NCBI GenBank assembly: GCA_013265495.1
Contig: MU057809.1
Location: 1,107,062 to 1,171,061, forward strand
Direction: 5' to 3'
Origin: Vicugna vicugna
Lineage: Eukaryota
DNA: 64,000 bases
Under the pieces are notes generated by a model. The model had not been told where the DNA came from. It saw only the letters and a program-made list of their open reading frames with translations, and did no database searches. Of this stretch, positions 35,696 through 48,299 are shown in pieces (position 1 is the stretch's first letter; the number at the start of each line of letters is the position of its first letter). A program made the position numbers and the translations under genes.

Positions 35696-36784
35696 AAAAA
35701 GGAAATTCTGGTCCATCTATAACCTCTTGTTTTAGGAAGCTTGATATGGCCGCTGCCTATGGCTATGTAGATCTTATTGTGGGGCAGGGGAAGGACTCTA
35801 AAAGCAGAGAAAATAATAACAATTTCATTAATGATATTAATAGCCCCAAACATTTATTGACCACTTACTATGTGACAGGCTCTGTGCTAAGTGCTGAACA
35901 GTACCATCTCTTACTCCTGCAAAGATCACGAAATCAAATTCTCCTGTGACACTGTGAGATCCCTCTCAGACAGTGCCTCTCAAGTATCCGTTCTGAAATT
36001 CCTGCCTGGAGTCAAGGGATTTGCTCACGTCCACCATGAGCCCCAGGCAGCTTTAAATATCTCAGACATGTTGGCTTTCCTAATTAGGCTTTGGACAGCC
36101 GGACAGACTACTAACTTCCTTCTGCTTCAGTTCACCCGTACGTGAAATGGATACACCAATATCACTTGCTCCAGAAGGTTGTTCCTCAAAGGTTATGTTT
36201 TATATAAGAGATTTCTTATGATGGTCTGAACTGATGTGGAAGTACATTCAACCTCTTCCCCAAGCACACAGAGAAATGCTAGCTAAAATTCTACCCCCAA
36301 AACAGTTTTTTATACATAGTTGGAGTCAAAAGCAAGAAAGGGTGCCAGATATAGGGGGAACTCTAAGTTACAGGGATGAATAAAAGCTGAAGCCAACAAC
36401 TCACAGAGCCTTCAGAAATAATAAAGGGCTTAGGAACCTGACTTAAGGCAATAAGGAAGGCTTAGGTCCCAGCCAGGGTGGGAAATGGACCTGAACTTCC
36501 TACATAGAAGCAGGATTAAGGAAGGGATGACCTAGCAGCGTTCAGAAGCAGCGTGGAAGCTGGCTGTCCACACCAGCCCGGGAGTGGGAAGAGGAACCTG
36601 GAGGCACTCCCACTCCTGGAGGTTTACCCAAAGCATATGTCCACCAAAAAAAGGCTTATTCCTAGAAGCCACTTTCAAATAGCTAACAACTGGAAATGAT
36701 CCAAATGTCTATTAACAGCAGACTGGATGAACATACTGCTGCGGAGTCATACAATAGACTGCCAAACTGCAATGAAAAAGCCCC

Positions 36785-37520
36785 AAATATTGCTGTGGGT
36801 GCTGGGAAGCGGGGTGCTGCCATAACAAACAGCAAAAAACCAGGAACTGGCTTTGGAAGTACGAAAAGGGTAGAGACTGGAAGAATTTTGAGAAGCATGA
36901 CAGAAAACGCCTGGACTGCCTTGGATAGCTTGTTAGCAGACATTTGGATGTTAACAACTCTGCTAGCTGTGGTGTAGAAAACCTACATCATCTTATATGT
37001 TGACACCTAAATCGTCACAAAGAGACTGTTGGTAGCAAAACAGACACTGGAGGCACTTCTGGTGAGGGCTCCGAAGGCGCTGGGGGACATGCTGTTGGAA
37101 ACTATACAGAACAGGACTCTCGCTATATACCAACAGAAAGCTCAGCTAAACTGTGTCTCATAGTTAAATGGAGAAGACCCGATCCAGACTGCAGGAGATG
37201 GGAAAATTAGGAGACTTGCCCTCAGGAAAGCGCTTTGGTGAGAGAGCCAAGGGTGTGGCTGAACAGCATCTTTCCAGTGCTAGAGAGGAACAAAAGTTCA
37301 GGAGATTTGGTGACACAGAGGCTCCTTGAAGAGATTAGGTGTGTGTCATCTCTGTAGAAGCAAAAAATAGAGGTGGAATTATTCAGGAAAGACATGTGGA
37401 TGGTCCTCTTTCCTGATGACATACATGGGAGACCCACAAGGTTTTTGAATATTTTACATCAGCAGAAACGCCACCAGCTTGGACCAACAGGGACAGGCAA
37501 AGAGGAAATGAAAGAAGGCT
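36785..37520 (+). mobile_element. MaLR internal-region fragment
   Basis: ggggtgctgccataacaaa...ggaactggctttggaa...gactggaagaattttgag resembles MLT/MST-int. Confidence 0.65.
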
Positions 37521-37525
37521 GTCTG

Positions 37526-37585
37526 ACCCCAGTATCTCCATTATAAATAAATAAATAAATGAAAACCTAATTACCTCCCTCCATA
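37526..37585 (+). mobile_element. 5'-truncated SINE (3' part only)
   Basis: ccccagtatctcc-(TAAA)n-aacctaattacctccc as in the full copies. Confidence 0.7.
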
Positions 37586-37599
37586 AAGGTTTTTAAAAA

Positions 37600-38046
37600 T
37601 ACCAACACCATACAAAGAAAATATTTAGTGATAAATTTTAAAAAGATATGGGCAAAACTTCTACAATTAAAATTACAAAACATTGCTCAGGGTAATTAAA
37701 GGAAACCTAAATATTTATATCGACATATTGTTAGGATGTCAGTTCTTCCCAAATTGATATATACCCTCAAGGCAGTTCCAATTATAACCCTAGAATGCCT
37801 TTTCCACAGAAATGTATATGCTAATTATAAAACTTATATGGAAAAACAAAGTTTCTGAGATAATCAACACAGTTTTGAAAAACAAGGACAAAGTTGGAGG
37901 ACTCTCACTGCCTGGTTCCAAGATTTCTAAAAAGCTACAGTAACCAAGAGAATGTGGTGTTGTCATTAAAAAACAAATAAATCGACAGAACAGCATAGAG
38001 AGCTCAGAACTTAACCCGCTCACACATGGTCTGTTTTTTTTTCCGT
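37600..38046 (+). mobile_element. Older L1 ORF2 fragment, host of the next element
   Basis: ttcttcccaaattgatatata...ttgaaaaacaaggacaaagttggaggactctcactgcctggttccaag...aaagctacagtaacc; resumes at about 39580. Confidence 0.8.
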
Positions 38047-38061
38047 AAAGCTACCAAGGTA

Positions 38062-39564
38062 GCTACAGTAATCAACACAGCACGGTATTGGTACAAAACC
38101 AGACACATAGACCAATGGAACAGAACAGAGAGCCCAGAAACAAACCCACAAACTTTGGGTCAATTAATCTTTGACAAAGGAGGCAAGAACATACAATGGA
38201 GTAAAGACAGTCTCTTCAGCAAACAGTGTTGGGAAAACTGGACAGCAGCACGTAAATCAGTGAAGTTAGAACACTCCCTCACACTATACACAAAAATAAA
38301 CTCAAAATGGCTTAAAGACTTAAACATAAGACAAGACACTATAAACCTCCTAGAAGAAAACATAGGCAAAACATTATCCGACATAAATCCTAGCAATGTT
38401 CTCCCAGGGCAGTCTGCCCAGGCAATAGAAATAAAAGCAGAATAAACAAATGGGACCTAATGAAGCTTATAAGCTTTTGCACAGCAAAGGAAATCATAAG
38501 CAAAACAAAAAGACAACCTATGGAATGGGAGAAAATATTTGCAAAAGATGAGACTGACAAGGGCTTAATTTCCAGAATATATGAACAGCTCATACAACTT
38601 AATAACATAAAAACAAACAACCTAATCCAAAAATGAGCAGAAGACCTAAATAAGCAATTCTCCAGTGAAGACATACAAATGGCCAGTAGGCACATGAAAA
38701 AAAATGCTCACTGTTGCTAATTCTCAGGGAAATGCAAATCAAAACTACAATGAGGCAATCAGAATGGCCATCATACAAAAGTCCATGAATGATAAATGCC
38801 AAAGAGGCTGTGGAGAAAAGGGAGCCCTCCTACACTGCTGGTGGGAATGTAATTTGTTGCAGCCATTGTGGAAAACCCGTATGGAGATTCCTCAAAAAAC
38901 TAAAAATATATTTACCATATAATCCAGCAATCCCACTCCTGGGCATACATCCAGAGGGAACTCTAATTTGAAAAGACACCTGCACCCCAATGTTCATAGC
39001 AGCACTATTTACAATAGCCAAGACATGGAAACAACCTAAATGTCCATAGACAGATGACTGGATAAAGAAGCTGTGGTGTATTTATACAATGGAATATTAC
39101 TCAGCCATAAAAAACTAAAACAATGCAATTTGCAGCAACACGGATGGACCTGGAGATCATCATTCTAAGTGAAGCCATAAAGAGAAAGAAAAATACCATG
39201 GTATCACTCATATGTGGAATGTAAAAAAAAAAAAAAGAAGACAAACGAACTTACTTACAAAACAGAAACAGACTCACAGACAGAAAACAAACTTATGGTT
39301 ACTGGCAGGGAAGGGGGTGGGAAGGGATAAATTGAGAGCTCGAGATTTGCAGATACTAATATACATAAAATAGATAACAAATTTATACTGTATAGCACAG
39401 GGAACTATATTTATATCTTATAGTAACTTATGGTGAAAAAGAATATGAAAATGAATCCATGTATGTTCATGTATGATTGTAGCATTATGCTGTACACCAG
39501 AAATTGACACAACATTGTAAACAGACTACACTTTGATAAAAAGAAATATATATATACAAGAAAA
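38062..39564 (+). mobile_element. Younger 5'-truncated L1 (about 1.5 kb) with TSD
   Basis: [29 protein letters not shown]...[24 protein letters not shown] (ORF2); TSD aaagctacca(a/c)ggta at 38047-38061 and 39565-39579. Confidence 0.95.
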
Positions 39565-39959
39565 AAAGCTACCACGGTAATTCAACGGGGAAAAGGTCTC
39601 TTTTTTTCTTCCAGTTTTATTAAGGTATAATGGACATACAGCACTGTACAAGTTTAATTAAGATGTACGAGATGATGATTTGACTTACAGACATCACGAA
39701 ATGATTACCAACAAGTGTAGTGAACATCCACCACCCCATATAGACATAAAATTAAAGAAATAGGAAAAACTTGTTTTCCTAGTGATGACAACTGAGGATT
39801 TACTGTCTTAACAACTTTCAGTGTTGTCTTCATTTTGTCTTCACCACCAGCTCTTGGCATGATCTGCATATTTCTGTCTGCTTAGCTTTGAGCCTGGTTT
39901 CCCAGCCCTCCTGGAGATTTTAGCTGCTTTTAATAATTTCCTCTTCTGCTTAAATCAGA

Positions 39960-40820
39960 AATCTACTTACATCAGGGAAATGCAAATTCAAACAACAGTG
40001 AAATAGATACCCTTTCATGCACAGAAGATGAGGAGCAACAGAAATACTCCTACACTGCTGGAGGGAGTGCAAATTGGTACAGATGCTTTGGAGGACAATT
40101 TGTTAATGTCTAATGAATTGGAATGCAAGTACCTTATGACCTGGAAATTCCACTTCTAGCCATACTCTCTGAACAATAGCTGGGGGTGACAAAGACAAGT
40201 CTCTTCATTGTAGCACAATTTATAACACCAAAAAAAAACCCCTTACTTTGATGTCAATGTGAATGAATAATAAACTGCTGTATATTCATACGACGTGTGA
40301 ACTAGGACAGCACGTACCAAGACGGCACATCTTGAAAACATCATTTTGGGTGAAAACGGGTATCGCAGAAGGATATGCAGAGCATGCTACTGGTGTGCGT
40401 TTAGAGGCACAAACGGGGATGGGTAATACACAGGAAATCTGAATAAGGCAGGTGGAGCAAATCAATGTCTACGTCCTGATTGTGATATTATACTGCAGTT
40501 TTGCAGCATTAGGGGAACTGGGCAACGTGTTTTATTTCCTGCAACTGCGTGTGACTCTATAGCTAATTTGGTCGATTTCATTAAAAGATCCCATGCAATG
40601 TATGTGTTACTTATAGACACGTGATGGCTCTGTCTGAGGAGGGGAGAGAAAATGCAATTTAAAACAGGTGGAAAGGGGACTTCAGATTTCTTTTTTTTTT
40701 TTTTCGTTAGAAAGAAAAATCTGAAGGTATATACGGCAGAATGCTAACACCTAAAAGTCTGGGCACATGTGAATGAGCGCTTACACGCTACTGTGTGCTT
40801 TTCTCTGAGTTGGAAAATGC
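39960..40820 (+). mobile_element. Ancient L1 3' fragments
   Basis: atcagggaaatgcaaattcaaacaacagtgaaata...tacactgctggagggagtgcaaattggtaca. Confidence 0.65.
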
Positions 40821-42339
40821 TGAAAAGACTAAATGAGATAATACTCATAAATTATTCAAGGCACTGCCGGGCTCATAGTAGGGCTCAGTGAATCTTGGCG
40901 ACCTTGATAACTACTGATACCTCCCGCCAAGGAAGGGAAGGTATGGCACAGTTCCGGGCAAGAATAGTTCTTGCAGCTCATTCCCCAGTTCTCCCCTCCC
41001 GCTGGAAGCACGACATCACCAACCCCACTTCCCACGGACCCCCATGAAGAGTCCAACTCTGAAAAGGGAGGTGGCCCCACACATTCAGTGGAGCAGGGCC
41101 TCTGAGGCCAGGTGGCTGGCGGACCGCCTCCACCCTCCACCCTCAGGTCCCAGGAGCCCGTGCTTCTGGGGTTGCCCTGGGGACTAAGTGAGCACTGACA
41201 ACAGTGCCTGGCAGCTGGCTTCAGTCCCTGCAGGGTAGTCAGGACCCAGTCAGAGACACTGTCCACTCCATGGACCCCGATCTTGTTTCCCAGTCACGGT
41301 TATTGACCGAGTTCACAGCTGGAGGCAGCTCAGGGAAGATGAACGAGGTGCCCAAGGTCCCCTGGAGCTGAACACGGACTCTGATTCCTGACCGTGCCCC
41401 CATTCGAAGAAGGTGAACACCCAGGACAACGCTAAATTAGCCTTGGTGAAGGCAGAGGTGGGCTTGGTCAAGGGAGAAGGGGAGAGGTTTGAGTGATTTG
41501 GGCCACACTTGACCCTTCCAGTCCGTCCACCTCTCAGCCCTGAAGAAATGACCGAGAAATTCATTCGAGAGAAAAGTGCTTTCTGGGTTTCCCACCACGT
41601 TAGGAATTCAAACATAAAAAGGGGGGGGAAGCACCCCATTTCACTAACTGAAAAGGGTGGGCCGAGCGCGCCACCTGCAGGCGACGTGTTTCTCCGCGGA
41701 CGCGCTTTCTTCCCACGATCCGGGGAAGTCACACGCTGGGCCCCGCGCCCCGCGGTGCCAATCTCCCCCGCCTCCCCACGCAGCCCCAACTTGTGGCTTC
41801 TCAGCCTCAGCTCGAGTGTCCTCCTGAGAGGACCCACGTCTGCTGCTGCCTCTACACCGCCCCACCAGCGACTGCAGGGACACCTTTGTCCCCACTGCCA
41901 CCTACCCCTCTCTGGAGTTACTCCAGGTCCACTGTCTGCCTCCCGGACTGGACCCGCAGCTCCGGGGGGCAGACTTAACTCAGCAACTCCGGCAGGCCTG
42001 CCTCTCAGTGCGCACCTGCCGTGCTCACCGAGTATGATCCAGCATGTTTTTCCCATGCATATTCTAATATTCACTTATCTACTATTCAGAATAGAAACCG
42101 GGTGGACTGCACGTATGATTCTGCACTCGATGTTCTTTCCTTTAACAACGTGGCCTTGACTGAATCTGAAACCCTTATGAGAGGGCGGCCTGCTAACCAG
42201 CCGACCTCGGCGAATTCATTGTCGGCTGTTCGTCCATGCACTGTATTTACTGAGCATGCCCCCAAACACCGTCCCAGCCAGCAGTCACCACCCACAGGGC
42301 CTCTCGAGCCCTGGATGGGTAGAGAGTGTGGCTGGGGAA

Positions 42340-42740
42340 CTTAATTTTTCATTTTACTTCCCTTCAAATTAATTTAAACTTAAAAATTGATACTTGACTT
42401 AGCTGTTGGAAAACGTTCAAGTATGTTTGCAACAACTTGGGTATGTGAATCCACTTTTTAAATGATAAGTTTTATGAACTCAAAATACAGGACAAGTATT
42501 TCGGATGAAGATTTAGTGTCTGAATAGAGAAGCGCTGGGAGTAAGGTACACGTTGGACCGCCAGGACTTCAAATGCAAAAAAGAATGTAAAAATACCTGA
42601 ATAATTTTAATATTTAATTATACGTTACAGTGATACCATTTAAATATGTTGGGTTGGACAAAATACATTATTAAAACTGACTTTACCTGTTCTTTTTACA
42701 CTTCTAGGTTATCACTAGGCCATTCCAGATTACATACATA
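42340..42740 (+). mobile_element. hAT-Charlie DNA transposon remnant
   Basis: AT-rich; atgtttgcaacaacttgggtatgtgaatccactttt reads MFATTWVCESTF, like the hAT C-terminal dimerisation motif. Confidence 0.65.
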
Positions 42741-42873
42741 GGGGCAGGGATAGCTCAGTGGTAGACTGCCTGCTTAGCATGCATGAGGTCCTGGGTTCAA
42801 TCCCCAGCACCTCCAATAAAATAAATCATAATAAATAGATGAACCTTGTTACCGCCCCCTCCAAAAAAAAAAT
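42741..42873 (+). mobile_element. tRNA-Ala-derived SINE (Vic-1-like)
   Basis: Intact A and B boxes, A-rich tail. Confidence 0.88.
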
Positions 42874-43964
42874 TTTTTTTAAGTGAATGTGTCCTCTACG
42901 ACCATGTCCAGCCAAGAGATCAGCTGCTTTATTTATTTGTTTATTCGTTCACTTATTGAGTCATTCATTCATTCTGCAGACACGTCCAACGTTGTGTCAA
43001 TCCCTAGGGCTCCTAGAAAAAAAAATCGCTGTTTTTGTTCCCCATCTTCCCCGAGTTTAGGAGGTTTTCCCATCTCTTCCGTTCACTGGCGTTAACATTC
43101 TGCCCGACACACTTCATGACTCGCAATCCTCATTTATACATTTGAGAGTAAGCTGCACACATCACGGCCTTTTACCTCAAAATACTTCAGGGTGCATTTC
43201 CTCGGCTCAGGGATGTTGCGTTACATCACCTCAGCACAGCTAACGTCAGCAAATTTAACCCTGACAGCACGTGTTATCTAGTTTACTGTTCCTCTTCCAG
43301 TTCTGTAAGTTTCTCCGGCTGACTCCGTGTGTCAAGCATGTCTCCTTCCGGCACAGGACCCAGCCAAGACCAGGCACTGGAGTCAGTTGCCAGGCCCCTC
43401 TGGTCCCCGAGTCCCCCGAAGCAGGTGAGTAAACTGAGGCCCCAGAAGCACGTCATTCACCAGGTGAGTGGCACAGCTGCTGTAACTCGTGGGGCTCAAA
43501 ACTCTTCCAGACGGCCCGTGCCCACCTGCAGCCTCTTGACTACACCCTTTCTTCGGGGATCCCCACATTAAAAGGCTGACCTGGCTACACATCTAACTTT
43601 AGAAAAAAACTGAGATCATCTTGTAAAGTTGAAGAGGCCCCTACCCTGGCACCACCACCACCCACTCCAGCCCTCGGTATGTTACACATTCTTCAGATAA
43701 ACTCTTGTACACATGTAAGAACGTTCCTAGCAGCACTGTCTGCAATGCCAGACTCCTGAAACAACCCACATTTCCTCCAACCAGACAGTGGACGTAGAAA
43801 CTTAGGATGCAGTCTACAGTGGAACGCCACTCAGCAGCGAGAACGAGTAAGCCGAGGCTTTGCACATGAAAATGAATTAATCGTAGAAATGCAATGGGAA
43901 AAGGTGCAAATTCCAGACTGAGCCATGCAGATAAGGTTCACAAACATGCATTATGTTGTTTGGC

Positions 43965-44295
43965 AACATATATGTTACTATATATGTATACTAAATATGT
44001 GTTTCTATACTATATATACTAAATATATATGTTTCATGTTTACCATACTTTTTCTTTATAGTTGCATGATTTTACTTGAAAAATACCATGATATATAGTG
44101 TTTTATACCGCATATAACATAGATGTACACTTATGTAACATAAAAATACATATTCACTGTGTATACTGTTTTATCTATATAGACTTACTGTATATATTTA
44201 TCTGTGTATACTGTATGTTTACTACATATAGTATTTATCTATACATAGTTCATAAATGTATCTTAAATACTATAATAGGCATACAAAATGTATTA
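43965..44295. repeat. Degenerate TA-rich low-complexity tract
   Basis: Runs of tatata/tatac/atgta, continuing after the LTR at about 44760-44830. Confidence 0.75.
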
Positions 44296-44299
44296 TCCA

Positions 44300-44759
44300 T
44301 GTGATCACTTTCTCGTATAAAAAATGTTGGACCCACTGACGTCCTTCAAAGTCCAAAGACCCCCAGTGCTGGGCTCTCAGATAAAGTACATTCTTTACTG
44401 GCTGTGTTTCTGCTAACAAACTCATAGCCCCAGGCGACGCTCAGGCTGGCCTGTGCCAGCCCACCGAATCAGACTAAAGCCCCCCCGCCCTTCACGGGCC
44501 CTAAGCCTCTTGCCTCACCTACAGCCAGGCAGAGCCTTGTGCACAAGCCCACCAGGCACCTTGTGACCCCACCTTATAAAACCCCCCAGCAGCCGGCCCT
44601 CGGGGCTCCCACAGGCACCCCTCGCCTGCCTGTCCTGCTGTTGTCTGTGACAGTGCACCCCTAGTAAACTCCCTTCTGTTCTCACACTTAATCTCTGCTA
44701 AATTCTGTTACCAACCCGCGTGTTCCTCACTGACCAGCCACCCTGCTGTGCCCACAACA
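44300..44759 (+). mobile_element. Probable ERV solo LTR inserted in the TA-rich tract
   Basis: Abrupt GC-richer block with TATAAAA (about 44575), AGTAAA polyA-like signal (about 44664) and end ...acaaca; left boundary uncertain. Confidence 0.65.
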
Positions 44760-45979
44760 ATAAATACTATGTAAATATGTATAAAATACTATTTAAAAAC
44801 AAAATGTTTTCTATATACAGTAAAATCATAAGTCTATAAAGAAAGACAAGGACATGATAAGCTTAAAATTTATTGCCATTTCTACCCAGTTTCAAACGTT
44901 GTAACAATCAGAATCACATGGGTATGGAATCCCCCAAAGTTGGGCCCTCTGTGGAATTCAGAACCCTGAGGACCACAGTCTGAGAACCACCTAAGCTTCT
45001 GCCCACTGAGGGTTTGTTCCTTCTAATTTGATAGAAAAATCACAAAGACAATGCAAATCTGTTCTAAAAACCCAGCTTCTCTCCAAAACGTAAGCACAAA
45101 GCAATTTTGCAAATAGAATCAGCACCCCGCTGTTTCTCAATTTTTCCCTCATAAATCACTTGCTTTGCTTTTGTTTATTTTCTTTTCCCACCATTTAGAT
45201 GCCTCCTCCAGTGCCTGGGGCAGGGGACAGAGGAATCTTTGGGACAGTGAAATGCTCTGCATCCTGACTGGACCACGGCTGCTTGATGCATCTGTCTTGT
45301 CTGTCAATGCTCTTCCAACAGCTCACTCTAAAGCTGTTTGCAGATGCGAGGTTCAGAGCCTGGCATGCAGCTTGTCCTCGGTCACCGGGGGTCCCTACCC
45401 TTGCAGGACCACAAACACAGCAGGGGGCTGCCGTCCATTGGGGCACCTGAGACCCCCATGGGCCATCCTAGGTCTCTGCCACCTTGCCCACTGCCCCCCA
45501 GGCTCAGGGAGTGGGCATCTCCCAGCTTTGAGCCTCCTTCTAAAAACCAGGAGAGACCCCCTCGCTTCAGAACCAGGTGGGCCCTCTTGAGAATATTTCT
45601 CATTCTTTTAAGATTAGCCTACAGGAAAATAAAGGCATAACTCATCAATAACTGATCTTACTGGACCTCTCCCAAGCCTGTGAGCTAAGTACTATTGTTA
45701 TTCCCATTACTGAGACAAGGAAACTGAGGCTGAGGGATGGTAAATAAATTGCACAAGGTTATCTAGACCAGGAGGCAGCTGAGGCCCAGCCCCACGCTTC
45801 CCAAAGGAGGGGGTGTGGCAGATCACTCTCCATTTTAAATACTTTCCTGTTCACGTTCATATGAGTTGAAATACAACCAGCCCATCAAACTCATGATTTC
45901 ATGGGAACTCTAAATTTGGCCTTAAAATGAGTTTACGTTTAAAAATAGGTTTTCAAGGTGCTGAAATAACTTTCAAGGC

Positions 45980-46356
45980 CCAAGTTGGAGCCGCCACTGC
46001 CAAGGGTGCAGGTCAGCCCGTCAAAACGTAGGTAGCTTTCAGGTCCGCGTAAAGCCTCTGCTCCACCAGAAACAGTCGGTCCCGCCAGCCAGTCCCCACA
46101 CGCCTAGCCAGCCCTCGTCTCTAAATGTATTTCCCAGCTCCTCCTCACCCCAGACAAGGTGACCGTATGGCCCCAGCTGATCAGGTATTGTCTATTTTTC
46201 TCTTCCTCATCCTTTATTCTTTACCCTATAAAAGCTTCCTGCCTTCCGGTCCCATTTCTCAGTTTGAATGGAGACTGCCCCCTTCATGAAGTGTTAAATA
46301 ATGTTTGTTTCTATCACTTAAATTGTCTTCTTCGAAAATTTTTAAGAGACAGACAT
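45980..46356 (+). mobile_element. Possible old LTR fragment
   Basis: ccctataaaagcttcctgcc followed by a degenerate polyA/U5-like segment. Confidence 0.4.
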
Positions 46357-47320
46357 GAAAATACTCCCCCTGGAAGCACAGCCAGGGGCCATGCCGCATC
46401 TGAGCTGAGCAAGCTCGGAGACGGAGCCTCGTCACACACGCTGGCCTCTGGGCAGAGGTCCTGACCCTGGGTTCTGGCATCGTTGGCTGCGGTGTCCAGA
46501 TCTTGGCAAGGGGTCTAATCGTGGAACTGACTGAAGGCCCTGGCGGCAGCTGTGCCGACTCATCCTACCCACCAAATTCTACTTCTGATCTTCGGCTAGG
46601 CAGGAGCGGCAGAGGCCGGCCACCACCGCCGGGACCACCTGCGGACGCTTCCCACTTGCCCATGTGTGCCACCCCAGCTTGTGACGCCCTGGTGGAGACC
46701 CCTCTCCCAGGCAGAAAGCCTCTCCTGAAAGTTGTTGGTGGAACATGTGACATGGAATAAACCGGGCTACTGATCACAGATGGAGGCATTCTACTGAAAG
46801 ACATCTCGGTTGCTTCCGGTTTGGGTATGAATAAACCTGCTATAAACCTTCCTGCGCAGGTTTTTGTGTGGACACGTGTATTCAGCACAATTGGGTGAAT
46901 ACCTAGGAATGTGACAGCTGGACTGTATGGTAACACAGTGTTGAGCTTTGTAAGAAACTGCCAAATCGTCTCCCAAAGTAGCTGTATCACTATGCAAAGA
47001 AAGAAAGTTCCTGCTGCTTCAAATACTTGAAAGCACTTGTTACGGCCACTTTTTTAGGTTTTAGCCATTCTTGTTTTGTAACTTCGTAGCAACATGTGAC
47101 GTCAAGCATTTTGTCATGTGCTGATTTGCCATCTGTATCTCTTCTTCGGTAAGAGGTCTCTTCAGATATTGTGCCCATTTATAAATTGGGTTGTCTGTCT
47201 TCTTACTGTTGAGTTTTAAAAGTTCTTTAATATTCTGGGTACTGGTCCTTCATCAGATATGTTTTACAAATATTTTCTCCCATTCTTTAGTTTTTCTTTT
47301 CATTCTTAAAAGTGACTTTT

Positions 47321-47430
47321 GGGGGAGGGTATAGCTCAGCAATAGAGTGCGAGCCTAGCATGCATGAGGTCCTGGGTTCGATCCCCAGCACCTCCATTAA
47401 AAATAATAATAATAATTTTTTTAAAAATTA
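47321..47430 (+). mobile_element. tRNA-Ala-derived SINE inside a minus-strand L1
   Basis: TSD aaaagtgacttttg at 47308-47321 and 47431-47444. Confidence 0.9.
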
Positions 47431-47526
47431 AAAAGTGACTTTTGCAGGGCTAGAGTTATTAAGTCCAACTTACCTATTTTTTTTGTAGATGTGCTTTTGG
47501 GGTTGCACTTAAAACCTTTTTGCCAA

Positions 47527-47886
47527 TAAGTTGGACAGAGAAAGACAAATACTGTATGTTATCACTCCTAGGTGGAATCTAAAAAACAAAACAAGTGAAT
47601 GAGTATAACAAAACAGAAGTGGACTCAGAAACATAGAGAACCGACTTGTGGTTACCAGTGGGGGGAGGGAAGGCGGGAGGGGCAAACTAGGGTTGGGGGA
47701 CTGAGGTACAAACTACTGTGCACAAAATAAATAAGCTACCAGGATACACTGTATAGAACGGGGAACATAGTCAATATTTTACATAACTATAAATGGAGCA
47801 TAATTTTTAAAAACTGAATCACTGTGTTGTACACTGAAACTAATATAATATTGTACATCAACTATACCTCAAAACAAAACAAACAA
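47527..47886 (+). mobile_element. L1 3'UTR fragment nested in the opposite-strand L1
   Basis: gacagagaaagacaaatactgtatg...ttgtacatcaactatacctcaaaa; TSD aaaacct(tt/ca)ttgccaa at 47511-47526 and 47887-47902. Confidence 0.85.
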
Positions 47887-48299
47887 AAAACCTCATTGCC
47901 AAACATGAGACCACCTAGGTTTTCTCCTATGTTACCTTCTAGTTTTGTGTTTTACATTTAGGTCTATGATCCACCTTGAGTCAATTTTTGTTTAAATTGA
48001 AAGACAATGTCAAGGTCTTTTACATTCATTCTTATTGAACACGGATGTCCAGCTGTTCCAACACCGCTTGTTGAAACGTCTGTGCTTTTTCCACTGATTT
48101 CCTTTGCTCCTTCGCCAACGATCAATGGACTGTATTTGTGCGGATCCATTTCTGGGATGTCTATTCTGTTCCCTTGATCTATTTTGTTTTTTTCCTTCAA
48201 CAGTATCTCACCGTCTTGACTACTTAGCTGTATAGTAGTAAGTCAGGAACTGTCATCCTCTGACTGTTCTTCAGTACTGAGTTGGCTACTGTGTCTTTT

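Larger units (their letters stand above)
46745..48290 (-). mobile_element. Minus-strand L1 ORF2 fragment carrying a nested SINE and a nested L1
   Basis: Reverse L1 motifs (aagaaactgccaaa, ttttagccattct, tctattctgttcccttgatct); ORF 47964-48200 IDQGNRIDIPEMDPHKYSPLI is ORF2-like. Confidence 0.85.
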
